From: a virus
Lineage: Duplodnaviria > Caudoviricetes
Reading direction: 5' to 3' (one strand)
Length of the DNA: 38,934 bases
IMG/VR virus record: IMGVR_UViG_3300048598_000503
Location: 1 to 38,934 of that record
Part shown: piece after piece, positions 9,601-17,374 of the stretch
Layout of the letters: every line of letters starts with the position of its first letter
Numbering within the stretch: the stretch's first letter is position 1
Program-made: the position numbers and the translations under genes
Notes under the pieces: generated by a model
Databases searched by the model: none
Seen by the model: the letters and a program-made list of their open reading frames with translations, nothing else
Told to the model about the DNA's origin: nothing

Positions 9601-9928
9601 GCTCGCCGTCGATGACGATGGCCTCGAGGGCATCGTGCCAGTCGATGCCGAGGACGCGGACATGCATCACCCGGCGGCCGGTCTGCACCGGCGGCATGAC
9701 CGCTCCGGCGAGGCGCTGCCGGCCATAGACGCAGAACATCGGCACGTTGGCGCCGACCTTCGCCTCGAACTCCTGCCCCGGCGGGCGCTGGCGCGGGGTG
9801 AGGAGCCGCTGCAGCGCATACATGCCCGCGGCCAGGCCGATGCCGACGATCGCCTGCGCCGCGATCAGCGGGATGCCGGCAGCGACGAGCACAGACGAGA
9901 GAGCAGCGATGACAGGTGCAAGGATCAT
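6614..9928 (-). CDS. Tail tip / central fibre protein (lambda J-like host-specificity protein)
   Basis: 1104 aa; VYGRQRLAG, VRGRRLWDPR and WEWSDNVALAATDY motifs, FN3-like segment, coiled coil, variable C-terminus. Confidence 0.9.
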   Translation of the reverse strand: MILAPVIAALSSVLVAAGIPLIAAQAIVGIGLAAGMYALQRLLTPRQRPPGQEFEAKVGANVPMFCVYGRQRLAGAVMPPVQTGRRVMHVRVLGIDWHDALEAIVIDGERCRFNGIDGQWSNAGKQFQGGILGTPDTGGDGTHVGDPPWTPGLQSAGADGSSWVTTKEYGNNVKVKFYDGRPVQNADATLVAQSGSDAQGSKFWTVDHKGGGVCYAIVDIEPDSNKNLSANPQIEFIVRGRRLWDPRKDTAYGGTGSHSRADKATWEWSDNVALAATDYRLGVFIGGVKMMGIGTPIARIRMDSRIAAANLCDTPRPLLDDEEEPMWRIAAVITNERTHRDNLQIFYDAMAGWETERGGTYRLTAGGPQTPVVAITDADLVKGPRRYKAKKPRSDRYNAVAGKFADPWNAFELQDLPLRTSSEDEAIDGGERLTMTLTLSQVPSQTQAQHLMEIARRRMRLQATATVAVPPRLRDAETMDTVTWASTYHGGAAREFHVQQWKKQRDLTLSWGLVETSADIWDWDPEADQLGPLVAADLPSAAERLATVAGFAVSASYDVGEGGQKLPVFLCSWTPIADLTVDAVIVRYRPVGATDWSQRRFDTTDTLAAGEGKIDSGIQAETDYEFEADLATTPPRYTTVQTPAPVTSDPNHVVKKAIITDTVEPGGVDWTAFDAATAAGLTAMAAQLKAARDLVEQVTASQQALEQAVLDGAAVQVEKLKSVRGSARAELSDVQIALAGADAALTVRMDSAESAIDDNTASIGTLETTKVDAAGAAAAAETVIEARFGVEDAPGSIEASVSTVAGAVADANSAIAALELATEASIDDLSAGGLLRFAQVVSPPTGATSGVQMLVEAADDGGFASAGLKAYAVAGGGGSPAGFTVLVGDRIYREPSGGGDPVLMVDSAGRFIGDAIGSGQITLYKEFSRAEPGSHENVGTGNTASGTGNTYLDFTTLGTISIPENPDSIGDGATASDYCPLAVLADASARNTSFAWNGGSYQPMVAAFRLKFDDGAGNVFYTREGLIPNYAVFNPISGITNYGFGMQQASIADIIQIKSGTYDVHLQRRWGPGTANGMQPGGDGAGYGMPLKIAANVTCLILKR

Positions 9929-9931
9929 GGA

Positions 9932-10438
9932 TCAGACGCGGAAGGCCCGGGTCAGCAGATGACGCGGCGCGGTGACTGAGAGGCCATCGGCGCGGACGAT
10001 GGCGAGGGTCTCGCCGATGACGATGCAGCCGGCAGGGCCATCCGGCCCCGCGACCGTGCCGACATCGCCCTGGCGGGCGAAGGCCGGCGGGATCTCCTGG
10101 AGCACGGCGGCGAGCGCCGCGCCGACATCGGCGAAGCCGTGTCGCGCCATGACGCGGCGGGCGGAGGCCTCGTCGGTCCAGCCGGAAGGCCAGGCGCTGG
10201 CGTCGGTGCCGGTGAGCGCCACCACCATGTCGCGACAGAGGGTGACGCAGTCGAGCCGTCCCCAGCCCGGCTGAAGCGACCGGAGCCGCGCCATCTCCTC
10301 CCGGAAGGCCGGAAGCCAGACACGCTTGCGCGGGGGCGCCTTGGGGAGGGGCGCAGGCCGATTTCGCTTTTTCGTCTTGTGGCCCGTCCCGCCCGCGCAA
10401 GCCGAGGGCGTGACGGGCTCGCTGCCCGACCGTGACAC
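9932..10438 (-). CDS. Tail-associated NlpC/P60-like (DUF6950-type) protein
   Basis: WGRLDC motif and ARQGDVG...AGCIV...AFRV C-terminus; position before J; start (GTG 10438) uncertain. Confidence 0.75.
   Translation of the reverse strand: MSRSGSEPVTPSACAGGTGHKTKKRNRPAPLPKAPPRKRVWLPAFREEMARLRSLQPGWGRLDCVTLCRDMVVALTGTDASAWPSGWTDEASARRVMARHGFADVGAALAAVLQEIPPAFARQGDVGTVAGPDGPAGCIVIGETLAIVRADGLSVTAPRHLLTRAFRV
10382..10420 (+). repeat. Dispersed hairpin element copy A (antisense to late mRNA)
   Basis: GCCCGTC-C-CGCCCGCGCAAGCCGAGGGCG-T-GACGGGC; 10384-10420 is the exact 37-bp reverse complement of 14111-14147. Confidence 0.9.
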
Positions 10439-10439
10439 C

Positions 10440-11024
10440 TTATCGTCCTACCTTGATCTTGATCGACTTGGTGACCGCGACGCTGTCGAAGAAGGCGTCA
10501 CCGGGGTTGGCGGAGCGGAACAGGGCCGGCGAGAAGGTGGCGGTTTCCTTGCGGCCGTGGTCGAAGGAATCGCTTTCCAGCGTCATCACGGCGGAGACTT
10601 CGCCCTTGGCGGTGTCGCGCTCGTGCTCGACCGGACCGCACTTGCCGGACCATTCCGGCGTCACGTCCACCACCCGCCCCTCGGCATCGAGCAGGGCGAA
10701 GTAGAGAGTCACGGGACGGCCGATATAGGCGATCGTTTCGATGCGAGCGAAGGTGTCGGCCGCGTCGGGAATGGCGCGGTCGGCCAGGGTGCGGATGCCG
10801 ACCGAGAGCTGCTGGGCGAGGCCCTGCGAGTAGCTGACGACGTCGAGCTCGAGCACGCCGCCGGGACGATAGGTCAATCCCTCGAAGGTGGTGTCGACGG
10901 AGCCCGACCAGAAGCCGACGGGGCCGCCATCGGCCACGTCGAAGTCGAAGCGCAGCATCCAGCGCTCGCCGACCCGTTCGGCGCGCAGGGCATTGAGGAC
11001 GTCGGTGGAGAGGCCGCGGGCCAT
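10440..11024 (-). CDS. Minor tail / tail-tip assembly protein
   Basis: FWSGSVD..FEGLTY.PGG, YIGRPVTLYFALLD, NPGDAFFD motifs; position after distal tail gene. Confidence 0.8.
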   Translation of the reverse strand: MARGLSTDVLNALRAERVGERWMLRFDFDVADGGPVGFWSGSVDTTFEGLTYRPGGVLELDVVSYSQGLAQQLSVGIRTLADRAIPDAADTFARIETIAYIGRPVTLYFALLDAEGRVVDVTPEWSGKCGPVEHERDTAKGEVSAVMTLESDSFDHGRKETATFSPALFRSANPGDAFFDSVAVTKSIKIKVGR

Positions 11025-11062
11025 GGGGTCTCCGGAGGAGGTGTCGAAGGCGAGGCATCCGG

Positions 11063-11097
11063 CTCATGGCGCCCTCGGCTTGCGCGGGCGACATGAG
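11063..11097 (-). repeat. Dispersed hairpin element copy B
   Basis: Plus strand CTCATG-G-CGCCCTCGGCTTGCGCGGGCG-A-CATGAG; intergenic. Confidence 0.9.
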
Positions 11098-11129
11098 TCA
11101 CGAGGAAAGGCGTCGCCGTGCGGCTGCGA

Positions 11130-11166
11130 CGCGATCCTGCCCTCGGCTCGCGCGGACAGGATCGCG
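11130..11166 (-). repeat. Dispersed hairpin element copy C
   Basis: Plus strand CGCGATCCTG-CCCTCGGCTCGCGCGGA-CAGGATCGCG; 10-bp perfect outer stem; intergenic. Confidence 0.85.
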
Positions 11167-11183
11167 GCACGAAGAAAACAGGG

Positions 11184-11852
11184 TCAGATCTCCGCGAGGA
11201 CCCTGTTGATGGAGACCGCCTTGAAGGCGATCTCGCCGTGAATGGAGAGGACGTGCTCGAAGGATCCGGGCCGCAGATGGAAGAGCTGCAGCGGGCGGTC
11301 GAGCGAGACGGAGACGCCGGAGGCGGTGGCGAGCAGGACGCGCGGGATGACGGACACGGTGGCCGCCCCGCCGGCATCCGCCGTCACGTCGGCAACGATC
11401 TCGTGGACCGTGCGCACGCCGGAGGTGGCGACGATGCCGAGGCGATCGCCCGCCGAGAGCTGATAGCCCGGGCCAAGGCCGGCGAGCGGCACCAGCCGCG
11501 GCGGATCCTGCGGCAGGGCAGCGGAGAGCGTCGGCGTGGGCGGCGTGACGGTCGCCTGGTCATAGGCACGCGGGCGCCGGGTGCGCGGATCGAAGCCGAG
11601 GAAACGGCCGGCGTGAAGGGTGCGCACCCGCTGCACCCAGCCCTTCAGCACCATGTAGTCGTCATAGTCGAGGCCGGAGACGCGGACGGAGAGTGTCCAG
11701 CGCGGATCCACCAGCTCGGCCTCGACGCCAGCGCCGTCGTCGCTGGCCGAGAACTCGCCGACATTCGGCACCTCCATGAGGGCCTCGTCATAGAGGGCAA
11801 CGGGGAGGACCGGCAGGCCGCCGACATCGGCCTGGAGCGTGACGTGGGCCAT
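11184..11852 (-). CDS. Distal tail protein (Dit-like)
   Basis: Immediately after the tape measure gene (TGATG coupling); FLGFDPRTRRPRAY and GYQLSAGDRLG motifs. Confidence 0.8.
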   Translation of the reverse strand: MAHVTLQADVGGLPVLPVALYDEALMEVPNVGEFSASDDGAGVEAELVDPRWTLSVRVSGLDYDDYMVLKGWVQRVRTLHAGRFLGFDPRTRRPRAYDQATVTPPTPTLSAALPQDPPRLVPLAGLGPGYQLSAGDRLGIVATSGVRTVHEIVADVTADAGGAATVSVIPRVLLATASGVSVSLDRPLQLFHLRPGSFEHVLSIHGEIAFKAVSINRVLAEI

Positions 11853-14074
11853 CACATCCCCTTCGAATAGGGCATGACCTCGATGCCGTGGCGATCGGCA
11901 TCCTGGACGGTCGGGACGATGCGGCCGGCCACCTCCGCGTCGCGGCGCTCGACCTCGGCGATGATCGTGGCGCGGTCGGCCGCGGTGACGTTGTTGAAGT
12001 GATAGGTGTTGGCCATGGTGACGCCGCCGGAGCGCGCCTGCAGGGCCTGCATCGCGGCATCGCCCATGGCGAGCGACTGGGCCACGGCGCTGCGCTGGTT
12101 GCGGGTGAGCATCTCCTCGCCGATCTGGCCGATGATCGGCAGCTCGTCCGGTCGCAGCCCGCCGCCGCCGTGGAAGCGGGGGGCGCCGGCGAAGAGGGAG
12201 GCAGGGGCATAGCCCGACACCCGGCCGTCGCCGACAACGCCGCCGTCATGGAAGAGGCCGAACATCGACAGGAAGCCGCCACCGGCCGCCGCCCCGCCGC
12301 CCCCCATGCCGAAGACGCCGCCGAGCAGCCCGAGGAGGCCACCGAGGGACCCCGTGGCAGATCCGGCCGGAGCCGACAGGCCGAGGAGCTTTGCCATGAA
12401 GCCCTGGCCAGTGAGCGCTGCCCGGGCAAGCTCGATGGCGAGTCCCTTGATGACGTCCGACACCTTGCCGCCGCGCAGCGCGACATCGACCAGTTTGTCG
12501 CCGGTCCATTGCAGGGCATCGCCCCAGGCGCGCTGGGCCGCCGTGGCATCTTCGATTGCGTTCCTGAGCCGCTGCTGCGCCTCGGCGAGGGCAGCGACCT
12601 TGTCCCGCTCGGCCTCAGTGAGCCGGCCACCATGTTCGCGGGCCTGCGCCTCAGCCTTGGCGACCTCGGTGAGGCGCGCCCTCTCGACCGCGGTCTTGCC
12701 GATTGTCTCCAGCTCGATCCGCGAGATCTCGATGCCCTTCTCCTGGGCCCGGATGAACTTCTCGATCGCCTCGGTGCGCTTGTCGGTTTCTTCGGCCGAG
12801 GATCCACTGGCGCGCGGCGCCGAACCCGCTCCGGCAGAGGCGGGACGCGCGTTTGGCACCGGAGCGCTGAAGGACACGCCCGGAGAACCGGTCCCCACGA
12901 AACTAAAATTGATGGGCGCTTCCGGGACGTCAGAGGCTTCGGCCCGAGCCTGGCGAGATTGTTCGCGGCGACGCTGCGTGTCAGTCAGGGCGTCAAGCTG
13001 GGCCTGAAGTCCCGACCGCTGAAGCGGCGTCAGCCCGGAATCACGGAGCCGGGTTTCGAGCTGCGTGCGAACATTTGCTTCCGTCGCGACCTGTGCAGCG
13101 CTTATGTCGAACTTCGCTGCATCAGCGGCCTGACGCAGGACGCGGACGAGACCGCCGACGACGCCGATGAGCTTGGTGAACTGTTCCGCTGTCCACGCCG
13201 CGCCGTTGCCGATTTCCGTGGCAAGGCGGGCGCACTCGTCCAGGATCGGCCGGACATTCTTCGACAGCTCCTCGGTGTTGCGCTCCCAGCGCTGCTTCAA
13301 CTCGTCGGCACGGCGGATCAATTCGGGATTGACCAGTGACCCGTCGCGGAGACCGGTGGCGGCCGTCTTCTCGACCTCGGCGAGGAAACCGGAGAAGGAG
13401 GCACGGCCCTGCTCGACCCGCTCGGCGAGATTGTCGAGGCCGAGCTGGCGGGCGAGATCGATGGCCGCGAGGCGCTGCCCCGCTCCTTCCATGTCGCGCA
13501 GCGCGACGAGGACGGCGCGGATCCGCTCCTCGGCGTTCTGGGCATTGGCGAAGAGGGTGGGCGACTCCGAGAGGCCGAAGTCGTTGGTGCCGCGGAAGCG
13601 CCCCTGCAGGAGGTCGCCGGCGCGGTTGGAGACGCCGCTGGCGCGGTCGGCATCGAACTTGTCGCGCGTCGCCTTTTCCAGCGCGGCGAGATCGCTCTCC
13701 AGCTGCTTCGTCTCCAGCCGCAGCTGCCGGGCGCCGTCGACGAAGGCCTGGAAGAAGGTGGTGCCGAGGTTGGAGGCCGCCGCCTTCTCGGCGAGCTTCT
13801 GGAACTTTTCCAGCTCCACCGCACCAGCTGCCGCCGCGGCCGTGAAGGCGGCGAAGGCCGCCACCGCCGCATATTGCATGGCGGTGAGCGAGGCCGCGGC
13901 CTTGAGCGCGGTGACGGCCATGCCACCGAGCGACAGGTTGCTCGACTGGTGGGCCGCGATCGCCGCGGCCGAGACGGAGGCCATGGAGGTGGCGACCGTG
14001 GTGCCGAGCGCCACCACCGCCTTGCGGGCGGCCTCGGTGTCGGACTTGAAGCGCAGGACGATGGGCTGGGCCAT
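11852..14074 (-). CDS. Tail tape measure protein
   Basis: 740 aa Ala-rich helical protein; C-terminal FHDGGVVG...APRFHGGG.LRPDELPII..GEEML motif. Confidence 0.93.
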   Translation of the reverse strand: MAQPIVLRFKSDTEAARKAVVALGTTVATSMASVSAAAIAAHQSSNLSLGGMAVTALKAAASLTAMQYAAVAAFAAFTAAAAAGAVELEKFQKLAEKAAASNLGTTFFQAFVDGARQLRLETKQLESDLAALEKATRDKFDADRASGVSNRAGDLLQGRFRGTNDFGLSESPTLFANAQNAEERIRAVLVALRDMEGAGQRLAAIDLARQLGLDNLAERVEQGRASFSGFLAEVEKTAATGLRDGSLVNPELIRRADELKQRWERNTEELSKNVRPILDECARLATEIGNGAAWTAEQFTKLIGVVGGLVRVLRQAADAAKFDISAAQVATEANVRTQLETRLRDSGLTPLQRSGLQAQLDALTDTQRRREQSRQARAEASDVPEAPINFSFVGTGSPGVSFSAPVPNARPASAGAGSAPRASGSSAEETDKRTEAIEKFIRAQEKGIEISRIELETIGKTAVERARLTEVAKAEAQAREHGGRLTEAERDKVAALAEAQQRLRNAIEDATAAQRAWGDALQWTGDKLVDVALRGGKVSDVIKGLAIELARAALTGQGFMAKLLGLSAPAGSATGSLGGLLGLLGGVFGMGGGGAAAGGGFLSMFGLFHDGGVVGDGRVSGYAPASLFAGAPRFHGGGGLRPDELPIIGQIGEEMLTRNQRSAVAQSLAMGDAAMQALQARSGGVTMANTYHFNNVTAADRATIIAEVERRDAEVAGRIVPTVQDADRHGIEVMPYSKGM

Positions 14075-14110
14075 GGGACCTGTCAGAACGGAGTGTCAGC
14101 GGAGGGCCGG

Positions 14111-14147
14111 GAGCCCGTCACGCCCTCGGCTTGCGCGGGCGGGACGG
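14111..14147 (-). repeat. Dispersed hairpin element copy D
   Basis: Plus strand CCGTC-A-CGCCCTCGGCTTGCGCGGGCG-G-GACGG; intergenic, upstream of tape measure gene. Confidence 0.9.
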
Positions 14148-14180
14148 CAGGGAGGAACGGGCGTCAGGGTGGAGATGAGA

Positions 14181-14217
14181 GGCGTTCACGCCCTCGGCTG
14201 GCGCGGGCGGGAACGCC
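14181..14217 (-). repeat. Dispersed hairpin element copy E
   Basis: Plus strand GGCGTTC-A-CGCCCTCGGCTGGCGCGGGCG-G-GAACGCC; 5 nt after the gpT stop. Confidence 0.9.
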
Positions 14218-14222
14218 GACCA

Positions 14223-14477
14223 TCAGGACTCCCTCGCCTTCAGGAGGCGGGCGATGGCGCTAGGGGGAGGCGGGGGTGCGGGCGGAGCGCCGCCCTTGCC
14301 GGGTGCGGAATGGGCGCGGGCATAGGCGTCCTGCATCATGAGGAACTGCGGCAGGGTGAGGCTTCGCACCTCGGAGGGCGCGAGGCCCATGAACATGCCG
14401 GAGGTCAGAGCCCAGGTGATGTTGCCGGGCCCGACGGCTTGCGAGCGCGAGGGCGCCTTGCCGCCGGGCCTTCGGAT
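14223..14477 (-). CDS. gpT-like tail chaperone C-terminal part, reached by -1 frameshift (absent from ORF track)
   Basis: The -1 frame after AAAAAAA reads IRRPGGKAPSRSQAVGPGNITWALTSGMFMGLAPSEVRSLTLPQFLMMQDAYARAHS...SAIARLLKARES*, with a gpT-like G..P.E...LT..F pattern. Confidence 0.8.
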   Translation of the reverse strand: MRRPGGKAPSRSQAVGPGNITWALTSGMFMGLAPSEVRSLTLPQFLMMQDAYARAHSAPGKGGAPPAPPPPPSAIARLLKARES

Positions 14478-14833
14478 TTTTTTAGGGCGTCATCCACCCC
14501 GAAGGCGTAGGCGCTCATGATCGCCACGGCGAGGCCGAGGTGCTCGAGGATGGGCCGGCCGTCGACCGCCTCCATCACCCATTCGGTGGCCTCGGCATCG
14601 GTGGCGCCGCCGCCGATGAGGCCCAGCCGAACCGTCTCCCGGATGTCGGCATGGCGGAAGACGGGATCCGGCATGCCGGTGATGGGATTGAAGCCCCGGC
14701 CCTGTAGCCGGCCGAGGATCTCGCCCATGCCGGCGCCGCAGGCCCGTTCGAGCCGCTCGATGATGCCGAGCGGCGCGACGTCGAAAGCGCGCTCCCGGCC
14801 GGCGAAGGGCCTGACGATGCGGGTTGACGTCAT
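14405..14833 (-). CDS. Tail assembly chaperone gpG (GTA-gp10-like)
   Basis: FAGRERAF, DIRETVRLGLIGGG motifs; follows tail tube gene with TGATG coupling. Confidence 0.88.
   Translation of the reverse strand: MTSTRIVRPFAGRERAFDVAPLGIIERLERACGAGMGEILGRLQGRGFNPITGMPDPVFRHADIRETVRLGLIGGGATDAEATEWVMEAVDGRPILEHLGLAVAIMSAYAFGVDDALKKSEGPAARRPRARKPSGPATSPGL
14428..14483 (-). other. Programmed -1 ribosomal frameshift signal
   Basis: CTA AAA AAA (A-AAA-AAA, 14483-14477), 6-nt spacer, then 11-bp stem GGCCCGGCGGC/GCCGTCGGGCC. Confidence 0.8.
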
Positions 14834-15288
14834 CAGGCGGCGGCCGTGAAGGCCTTGGCGCCGTCGACACGCAACGTGGCGGTGAAGGTCACGGTGCCTT
14901 CGTTCGGGGCCGATTCCGTGTGGTTCTCGACATAGGCGTAGAAGACGTCGGCGCCGCCGCCATTGGCACCGGACAGGTCCCACTTGTGCTGCATCTCGAT
15001 GCGGGTGCCGTTCTTCACGGCATCCTTCAGCGCGCGATACATGGCGTTGGCGCGGGCGACGTGGCCGGTGAGGCTGTAGGAGCCGGAATAGGCGCCGGGC
15101 GTCGACTTGCGCACCGGCTTGGCGGCCGGGTCGTCGCAGTCGCGGACCATGCGCTCGGTGAAGTTGCGCTGGTCCTGCGCCTCGAAGTTCTCGACATAGC
15201 ACATGAATTTGAAGCGGCCGGCGCCTTCGGTGCCGTCGGACAGGAAGAGCTGGTCGAGCTCGGTTTCGAGAAGGGTATTGGTGCCCAT
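14833..15288 (-). CDS. Major tail tube protein
   Basis: 151 aa; VRDCDDP motif, beta-rich; between tail terminator and chaperone; GGAGG RBS. Confidence 0.85.
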   Translation of the reverse strand: MGTNTLLETELDQLFLSDGTEGAGRFKFMCYVENFEAQDQRNFTERMVRDCDDPAAKPVRKSTPGAYSGSYSLTGHVARANAMYRALKDAVKNGTRIEMQHKWDLSGANGGGADVFYAYVENHTESAPNEGTVTFTATLRVDGAKAFTAAA

Positions 15289-15332
15289 GAGGATCCTCCG
15301 TCAGGCGCTGGCAAGGGTGATGTGGCGGCAGG

Positions 15333-15746
15333 TCAGGCGAGCGGGCGGGAGACCGTCAGCTCGAACTGGATGAAAGCGTGGTTGAAAGCCTGGAGGCGGT
15401 CGGCGGCATCGCCGGCGCGCTGCTCCCTGAGACGGGTCTCGGCGGCATAGGGATCGGCCAGCGCGAGGGTCTGGCCGTCGAGGGCATCGCGCAGCTTCTG
15501 GAGCCAGCGCCAGGCATCCTCGCGGCCGGAGGCCTTGGACATGAGGTGCAGGCGGAACGACACCTGCCAGACCTTGCCGCAGCGGTTGCCGTGCTGGCGC
15601 TGCGAGCCGACGACGCCGAGGGCGGCGAGCGGCAGGCGCAGTTCGCCATCCGCCGGCACGTAGTCATAGAAGGCGAGCGGGGCGAGCGCCGACTTGGCCA
15701 GAGCGGCGACGGCGGTGCCCACCGCCTCTTCCGGCGACAGGCTCAT
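15333..15746 (-). CDS. Tail terminator / completion protein (DUF3168-like)
   Basis: YDYVP...LP, LHLMSK..GRE.A, ALDG..L.L motifs. Confidence 0.82.
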   Translation of the reverse strand: MSLSPEEAVGTAVAALAKSALAPLAFYDYVPADGELRLPLAALGVVGSQRQHGNRCGKVWQVSFRLHLMSKASGREDAWRWLQKLRDALDGQTLALADPYAAETRLREQRAGDAADRLQAFNHAFIQFELTVSRPLA

Positions 15747-15946
15747 GATGCGGCCCTCCCGCGGCGGGCCGGAGCGGGCGGCGGCGGATCCTCGGCGATC
15801 GGCTCGAGCACGCCGGCGGCGAGAAGCCGTTCGACATGATCGGGCGGATCCACCGTGTCGTCGACGATCTGCCCGGCCTCATAGAGAAAGGAGGCCTTCA
15901 GCTCGTAGCCGCTCATGACGCGGTTTTCGGTGACGCGGTAGCGCAT
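15743..15946 (-). CDS. Small hypothetical virion-associated protein
   Basis: ATGA-coupled; ERLLAAGVLEP pattern. Confidence 0.7.
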   Translation of the reverse strand: MRYRVTENRVMSGYELKASFLYEAGQIVDDTVDPPDHVERLLAAGVLEPIAEDPPPPAPARRGRAAS

Positions 15947-15949
15947 GGA

Positions 15950-16459
15950 TCACCCTGCATTGAACTCGGCGGCGGCCGTATCGAGGATCTGGTCCATGTC
16001 GCGCCCCCAGGCGGCGAACCTCTCCGCCGCGGAATCCCAGAAGTAGGGCTGCGCCTCGGTGTCGTCGGTGCCGCGCTCGACGAACCAGGCGTAGTCGTCG
16101 CTGTCGCCGGAGGTGAGCCGGCGGACGGCCGAGGCGGTGATGACGATCTCGTCGCCCTCGCGCCGCCAGTCGGTGCCGCGCTCGAGGGTGAAGGTGTCGT
16201 CGGGACCGCGCTCGCGCTGCAGGGCGACGATCTCCTTCGCCAGCGCGCTGCTGCTCTCGCCCGAGATCGCCTTCAGCAGGAGAAGGACCTTGTTCAGCTC
16301 GGCAATAGTGTCGAGCGCATTGAGGATGACGACGCCACCGCGAACGGCCTCGCTATTGCGACCGATCCGCTCCAGCACGGTGGCGGCGATCGCCATCTCG
16401 GAGGGCGGCCCGGAAGCGGCGAAGATCAGCGCCCGGGCCGCGAGGCCGTAGATCGCCAT
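15950..16459 (-). CDS. HK97 gp10-like tail completion protein
   Basis: YAWFVERGT...AQPYF motif. Confidence 0.8.
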   Translation of the reverse strand: MAIYGLAARALIFAASGPPSEMAIAATVLERIGRNSEAVRGGVVILNALDTIAELNKVLLLLKAISGESSSALAKEIVALQRERGPDDTFTLERGTDWRREGDEIVITASAVRRLTSGDSDDYAWFVERGTDDTEAQPYFWDSAAERFAAWGRDMDQILDTAAAEFNAG

Positions 16460-16965
16460 TACGCGCTGTCGCCGACCAGGATGATGGTGTAGCCGACGGC
16501 CGAGCCCGAGCCGCCATTGGCGATGCGCAGGATGTCGGCCGTGGTGGCGGTGACGGGCCAGCCGGCGGCGCTGCGGTTGGTGACCAGCAGCACCTCGCCG
16601 GGCTTCAGCTTCACCTTGTCGGTGGCGTCCGCAAAGGGGCCGAGGAAGGCCGCGGTGTCGTGGCCGCCGACGACGACCTCGTTGACGTTGGCGGCGTCGG
16701 CCTCGATGTAAATCGCCTTGATGCCGGCGAAGGTGACCGCGGCGCCGAGCGGATCGACGAGCGAGCCGGCGTGGTCGATGTCGTCATTGGACGAGGCGGG
16801 GATCGGCCGGGTGTCGGAGAAGACCTTGTCGGCCTGGCCGGCGCCGGTGCCGGAGGTGAAGCCCAGCGCCTTGCGCTTGGAGAAGGCCGCGGTGACGGCG
16901 GCGATGTCGTTGGAACCGGTGTAGCTGCCGAGAATCTGCACGGCGATGTCGAGCTGCGCGCCCAT
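16459..16965 (-). CDS. Putative structural (decoration-like, beta-rich) protein
   Basis: AGGAGG RBS, strong codon bias, inserted in the head-tail cluster. Confidence 0.75.
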   Translation of the reverse strand: MGAQLDIAVQILGSYTGSNDIAAVTAAFSKRKALGFTSGTGAGQADKVFSDTRPIPASSNDDIDHAGSLVDPLGAAVTFAGIKAIYIEADAANVNEVVVGGHDTAAFLGPFADATDKVKLKPGEVLLVTNRSAAGWPVTATTADILRIANGGSGSAVGYTIILVGDSA

Positions 16966-17008
16966 GGCGGCCTCCTGGTGGTTGAGAAGCGGGAACGGAT
17001 GGCGGGTG

Positions 17009-17374
17009 TCAGGCGTCGTCGGCGGGCGAGGGCCGCGCCTCGCGGACGCAGTAGAGGGTGCGGCGGCCGGTCTGGCGGTTGGCCGGCTCGATCGACGTGA
17101 TGCGGTACCAGTCGCCGGAGCGGGCCGGATAGACGAGACGATCCTCGATCGTCAGCTGGTCGACGATGCCGCCGGTGCGCAGGGTTACGACGAGGTCGCA
17201 GCGGTCCACCGGCACCTGGCCTTCCAGCGCCGTGGTGCCGCGATCCGGCCGGACCGAGGCCCAGCGCTCGTCGATGCAGATCCTCACCCCCACCTTGCGG
17301 CCCATCGCCCCCTCGGCCTCATAGGCCCGGTGGAACGAGACGCGGGAGGAGAGGAGGCCGATGATGTCGGGCAT
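17009..17374 (-). CDS. Head closure / head-tail joining protein
   Basis: GLLSSRVSF, RWASVRP, YRITSIEP motifs; follows adaptor gene. Confidence 0.82.
   Translation of the reverse strand: MPDIIGLLSSRVSFHRAYEAEGAMGRKVGVRICIDERWASVRPDRGTTALEGQVPVDRCDLVVTLRTGGIVDQLTIEDRLVYPARSGDWYRITSIEPANRQTGRRTLYCVREARPSPADDA

Noticed and set aside
4939-9928. Diversity-generating retroelement or invertase shufflon acting on tail fibres
   Set aside because: No reverse transcriptase, serine invertase, or duplicated TR/VR or fibre-tip cassette seen
10382-14217. Hairpin repeats as a CRISPR or mini-array
   Set aside because: Copies are dispersed or only paired, flanks vary, there is no regular repeat-spacer period and no cas genes
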